Below are positions 59,859-64,000 of a DNA stretch of 64,000 bases, piece after piece; positions within the stretch are counted from its first letter, which is position 1; every line of letters begins with the position of its first letter. The stretch lies in the NCBI GenBank assembly GCA_963810275.1, contig CAWENF010000004.1, positions 1-64,000 on the forward strand, in the 5' to 3' direction. A model generated the notes under the pieces. It was not told where the DNA came from and did not search any database. It worked only from the letters and a program-made list of their open reading frames with translations. Both the position numbers and the translations under genes were made by a program. The stretch is from an uncultured archaeon. Lineage in GTDB: Archaea > Thermoproteota > Bathyarchaeia > Bathyarchaeales > Bathycorpusculaceae.

Positions 59859-60410
59859 TTGTCGGCTTGGATCCAGAAGCGGGGCGTAATGGAACGTTAC
59901 GACGCAACATCGGAGGGTTACGATGAGCTCTACGGGGCGGAGCAGAAACGAAAATTCCAAAAAGCCTTGGAGCATGCAGATGCGAAAGGCAAGGCGGTTC
60001 TGGACGTGGGGTGTGGCAGCGGCTTGTTCTTCAGTAACGTAGCGGGGCAAGCCCAGTTGGTGGTTGGAGTCGACGTTTCTCGTGGTCTTCTAAAAAAAGC
60101 CAAAATGCATAGTCGTGGCTTTGGCGATGTCGAAGTGATTTTGGCGGATGCTGATCATTTGCCATTCCGAGCTGAGTTTTTCGGCGCAGTTTTTGCTTTT
60201 ACTGTTTTGCAGAATATGCCTAAACCCGAAGAAACATTGAGTGAGTTCAAGCGGGTTTCCTCAGTGGGGCGCCCAGTTGTAGTGACAGGCCTGAAAAAAG
60301 CGTTCGAACTGACAAAATTCATGGACATCCTCGAAACAAGCGGTATGAAGCTTGCAGCGTTTGTAGACGAGGACGCCATTAACTGTTATATCGCAACATT
60401 AACCGCTTAA
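59859..60410 (+). CDS. Class I SAM-dependent methyltransferase
   Basis: YDELY, VLDVGCGSG, ADADHLPF. Confidence 0.9.
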   Translation: MSAWIQKRGVMERYDATSEGYDELYGAEQKRKFQKALEHADAKGKAVLDVGCGSGLFFSNVAGQAQLVVGVDVSRGLLKKAKMHSRGFGDVEVILADADHLPFRAEFFGAVFAFTVLQNMPKPEETLSEFKRVSSVGRPVVVTGLKKAFELTKFMDILETSGMKLAAFVDEDAINCYIATLTA

Positions 60411-61682
60411 CAGCTGTACATCCGCCACTTGGCCTGTATCTGCCCAAACCCCCACAGCTGCCATGTTCAATCCGCCCGTGTAGTTTGTTTCCAAATTCAT
60501 CAAAATATACCAATATGGGACAAGCGCCACCGAGTACCCTCGCGGATGCGGCAGCATCTCAACCGAAACCGTGTCTGCTGCTGTGAAGCCGCTGATTTCC
60601 GTGCCGTTAAGTATCCAAATCAAGGTTTTAAGGTGGTCTTTTGCGATTTGGACGGCTTGGTTTTGCTCGACATTTGCTTCGGTGTTGGCTACTGTGAACA
60701 GAAAGTATCCGTCAGTTACTGCCGATAAGACGCTGTCATCAAATGTCATGCGGAGGCTTTTAGAGTTGAAGTCCACATCTTCTTTGGTGTACATCCATAG
60801 GAATTCTGCAGCAGTGCCTTGCAAGGTGATTTGCAGTTTCAGGTCTCCTGCGGTTACGGTTGTGAGTTCGCCGTCGGTGGCGTTTACCGTGTTAAGGAGG
60901 CTTAGCATTTCGGATAAATATTTGTCTCTGCTGTAGGCAATGTATCTGTCAAGGGCTGCTTTAGCGGCTTCTAACGTGTCACTGGGTGGATTTTCTGTTA
61001 ACTGAGGGCTGGATTGGGCTGCGACAAGCTGGTATCGGCTGAGATGGTTCTCTCTGAAACGCAAACTAACATCCAAATTGCCATATGGGCTTACAAACGA
61101 GTACCTGAGCACCTCTTCGGCTACCTCAAAGTCGCCCCTATACTCCAACGTGTTGCTGAGGAGTGAAATCTTGTACTGGTTAGTATCAAGCAGCACTACG
61201 TCACGCAGCAGGTCGGCGATTTTGCCCGCGCCGATACCCCACGAAAGCAACTGTTGGTTCTCCGCTTCGACTCGTCTCTGTTCCTCACCCATCCTTGCCA
61301 TCTCACTGTACTGGTAGAAACCAAAACTTGACAGCAACAGCACAATAATCATAAGCGCTGCAAAGGCGGCTTTCCATTTGCGTGCCAGCTTTTTAGGGCG
61401 GCGCCTTTCCAATTCAGGCGCTTCCTGCACACCCTTCATGGCCTGCACGGTGGCTCTGCCAAAACTCGACAACATGTATTGCCCAATTTCTGTTTTCGTT
61501 AACAGTTCTCCGAGACTTTCAAGGTGGTATGTTAAGTGGCTACTGGATATTCCGAGTTGCTCAACGATTTCCATAAAAGTCATGGGTTTGTCGTTTAGCA
61601 TGCGTAGGATGCGGCGGCGCACTGGGTGTTTCAGGGATTTGAACATGATGGAGTAGATTTCTTCTTCGTTGCTGTTACCCAT
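60399..61682 (-). CDS. Membrane-anchored regulator: ArsR-like wHTH, one TM and a large extracytoplasmic domain
   Basis: FKSLKHPVRRRILRML..SSHLTYHLESL, TM at about aa 105-123, then about 300 aa. Confidence 0.8.
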   Translation of the reverse strand: MGNSNEEEIYSIMFKSLKHPVRRRILRMLNDKPMTFMEIVEQLGISSSHLTYHLESLGELLTKTEIGQYMLSSFGRATVQAMKGVQEAPELERRRPKKLARKWKAAFAALMIIVLLLSSFGFYQYSEMARMGEEQRRVEAENQQLLSWGIGAGKIADLLRDVVLLDTNQYKISLLSNTLEYRGDFEVAEEVLRYSFVSPYGNLDVSLRFRENHLSRYQLVAAQSSPQLTENPPSDTLEAAKAALDRYIAYSRDKYLSEMLSLLNTVNATDGELTTVTAGDLKLQITLQGTAAEFLWMYTKEDVDFNSKSLRMTFDDSVLSAVTDGYFLFTVANTEANVEQNQAVQIAKDHLKTLIWILNGTEISGFTAADTVSVEMLPHPRGYSVALVPYWYILMNLETNYTGGLNMAAVGVWADTGQVADVQLLSG

Positions 61683-62014
61683 GGCCCGATTCCGTTTTGT
61701 AATATGGAGTTTGGGTGTATAAAATTTGCTAAAGAAACGATGCTTCGAAATCTATGTATTCAGATCCTTCTTGAGCTTTGGGGTAGTTAATTTGAGGTAT
61801 GTAACGCTCTATTGTATGTTAGCATCCGTTTTACGGGCTTTTTGGCGCTTGCTCCCCTGTTTGTTGTCCTTATTGTATTCTGAGGTTTCTGAGGTTTTTG
61901 GGTAGGATTCTGGAAAAGTTTAATATGGGCTAAACGCGAAGGGAACATAAGTCAAGTCCAAGTGACCATTGTGCAATGATTCGGGCTTGACCAAGAAAAT
62001 GGGAGCTGGGGAAA

Positions 62015-62338
62015 ATGAACCTAAAGCTATACGCAATCAAAAACATTAGCTGCCCTCGACTTGAGCAAATTCAGCTTGTAGTAGTTGACCTAGACAAAAG
62101 CAAACATTACCCTCTCAACTTCGTCTGCGTGCTGCCAAGGTACTTCCGGATCTTGGAGAAACGTAGCAGCAAATTTGCCAAGCTATTCGGAGAAAGAAGC
62201 TTGCTAACCGCCAAAAAACTATTGGTGAATGCTCAGTCTGAAGAGGCAGACCCAGAAATCCAAACAGTGATACAACGTCGAATAAAAGACATAGACGCCA
62301 AAAATAACACTGCACCAGCGCAATGTGCAATGCAGTAA
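62015..62338 (+). CDS. Hypothetical protein
   Basis: 107-aa ORF with BRE/TATA at about 61913-61925 and an SD-like GGGAG. Confidence 0.75.
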   Translation: MNLKLYAIKNISCPRLEQIQLVVVDLDKSKHYPLNFVCVLPRYFRILEKRSSKFAKLFGERSLLTAKKLLVNAQSEEADPEIQTVIQRRIKDIDAKNNTAPAQCAMQ

Positions 62339-62504
62339 CCGTTTCTGAAGGTTAGTTTGCCTCTAAATCTTTGGGTTTAGAGGTTACTTCTAATTTTTTG
62401 TTTGAAACAAAATCAGTTAGCTTATTCTCCTGCTTGGCACACGCAACATTAGTTACCGCAAACACCCGCTCACATTAGATACACATACCCGATTCCATCT
62501 GTAT

Positions 62505-62545
62505 GTCAAGAAACGTTGACAAGGGCTAAGTCAAGAAATCTATAC
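62505..62545 (+). promoter_or_regulatory. Tandem GTCAA-N6-TTGAC sites
   Basis: GTCAAGAAACGTTGAC (62505-62520) and GTCAAGAAATCTATAC (62530-62545), then TTTATG at 62554. Confidence 0.6.
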
Positions 62546-62608
62546 AAGAACACTTTATGGCCAAACCTAACCTAAGAGAAAAATGGTCCTTAACGCTCTT
62601 AGTGTGTG

Positions 62609-63817
62609 CTATTTGATTGAAAGAAGTAGGGAAATGAGATATTTGTTTTCAACTAAGCCGTAGCTGCCTTTCTTAGCTGACATCTCATCATATTTTTCCA
62701 CTCCATCAGGCTTCAAACCGGGTGCCGAAATTGCGAAAGGCACGGGATCGCGGCTGTGCGTGCGCAATTCGATGGGCGTAGAGTGATCTGGCAGCACGGC
62801 AATTGCGTAGGGTTCAGTCATGCCATCCATGATTCTGCCTATGCAGCGACGATCAAGGTCTTCGATTGTTTTGACTTTAAGCTTGACGTCGCCAACATGC
62901 CCTGCCTCATCAGGCGCCTCCACATGCACAAAAACCAAGTCCTTGGTTTTTAGCGCTTCTATGGCGGCGTCAGCTTTGCCCTCATAGTTAGTATCAAAAA
63001 GCCCTGTAGCGCCCTCGACTGTTATGATTTCCATACCCGCGTAGGAACCAATGCCCTTAACTAAGTCAACAGCGGAAATCACAGCGGATTCTACTCCGTA
63101 CTTTTCTTTAATCGTGGGCATAGATGGTTTTTTACCACCTCCCCAAAACCAAATCAGATTCCCAGGATTTTTTGCTTCCATTTCTCGTGCAATGTTGACG
63201 GGGTGCTCACGTAAAATCTCACGTGAACCAACAATCATGTCTTGGAGCATTCTGGCATCTTTTTCCGCCCGTTCCGTAGTTGCCTTTGGTAAAACATCCG
63301 AAATTGGTAGACCTCTCGCGTCATGAGGTGGCACGCACTGGATCTCTTCAGGATGAGGGAAATCTCGCAGAATAAGGAAATGGCGGTAATCTAAACCTAC
63401 GTAGAACTCGATTTTGCCTTTATGGTGGTAGACTTTTTTTATGGCTGCTATGAGTTCGGCGGCTTCCTCGGTAGAGATGTGCCCAGCGGAGTAGTCTGCA
63501 ATGGCTTGTTTTTCTTCAGTGATGAGGTTGCATCTGAACGCCGAATCGTTTGGACCCAAATCTATCCCCCGTGACGGCACTTCCAAGGGCCCGCGACCAG
63601 TGTTGTATATACGTGGGTCGTAGCCTAAAACTGAGCAGATGGCTGTGTCGGAGCCAGGTGTGCACTCGTCGGGCACGTTTCTGATTAGGCCGCTTCTGCC
63701 TTTGGCTGCGATGGCGTTCATGTTGGGTTTAGATGCTGCTTGGAGAGGCGTTTTATTATCTAACTCAGCTATAGGGTAGTCGGACATGCCGTCGCCAACC
63801 ACTAGTATATATTTCAC
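62609..63817 (-). CDS. apgM: Cofactor-independent phosphoglycerate mutase
   Basis: GDGMSD, KTPL, PGSD, HVEAPDEAGH, PDHSTP..HSRDPVP. Confidence 0.93.
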   Translation of the reverse strand: MKYILVVGDGMSDYPIAELDNKTPLQAASKPNMNAIAAKGRSGLIRNVPDECTPGSDTAICSVLGYDPRIYNTGRGPLEVPSRGIDLGPNDSAFRCNLITEEKQAIADYSAGHISTEEAAELIAAIKKVYHHKGKIEFYVGLDYRHFLILRDFPHPEEIQCVPPHDARGLPISDVLPKATTERAEKDARMLQDMIVGSREILREHPVNIAREMEAKNPGNLIWFWGGGKKPSMPTIKEKYGVESAVISAVDLVKGIGSYAGMEIITVEGATGLFDTNYEGKADAAIEALKTKDLVFVHVEAPDEAGHVGDVKLKVKTIEDLDRRCIGRIMDGMTEPYAIAVLPDHSTPIELRTHSRDPVPFAISAPGLKPDGVEKYDEMSAKKGSYGLVENKYLISLLLSIK

Positions 63818-64000
63818 TGCAATTCACCATTCGTGTTGTCAGATTAAGGCAGTCCCGTATTTATCTGCTATCCATCGCTCATACCCTACCATAAGTTTGG
63901 GCTGACGACTACTTATGAGACTTCAGCAGTAGGTTGAATTTTGATTTGTAATTAGTAACTCTTTTTATGCTCGGTTTATCGTGTATTGCTTAATGAGTAA

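Overview
Chromosomal fragment of an archaeon, most likely a Bathyarchaeia (TACK) member. This is inferred from an unsplit Rpo2, a fused Rpo1 A'/A'' gene, a CdvA-like protein, a PEF-CTERM-type anchor remnant and many wHTH regulators. Positions 1-2490 are decayed accessory DNA downstream of tRNA-Lys(UUU), holding hicBA and gene fragments. The rest is mostly housekeeping: valS, metG, rpoB-rpoA-rpl30e-nusA, a CoA operon, dinB, lhr, cdc6, nucS, apgM and arsenic genes. Many single-base frameshifts, dense at about 13.9-17.9 kb, probably reflect assembly error. The most notable observations are: (1) a hinge-less SMC5/6-like ATPase in an operon with kleisin-like and kite-like genes; (2) a tandem GTCAA-N6-TTGAC motif at three loci, each about 8 bp upstream of a TATA box, suggesting an undescribed activator regulon; (3) an archaeal TPP riboswitch ahead of thiT and an AIR-synthase-fold gene; (4) an RHH domain fused to an altered CblS-like kinase domain, with its own repeat operator; (5) several small ORFs missed by the ORF track. 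No database searches were run, so family calls rest on motif recognition.
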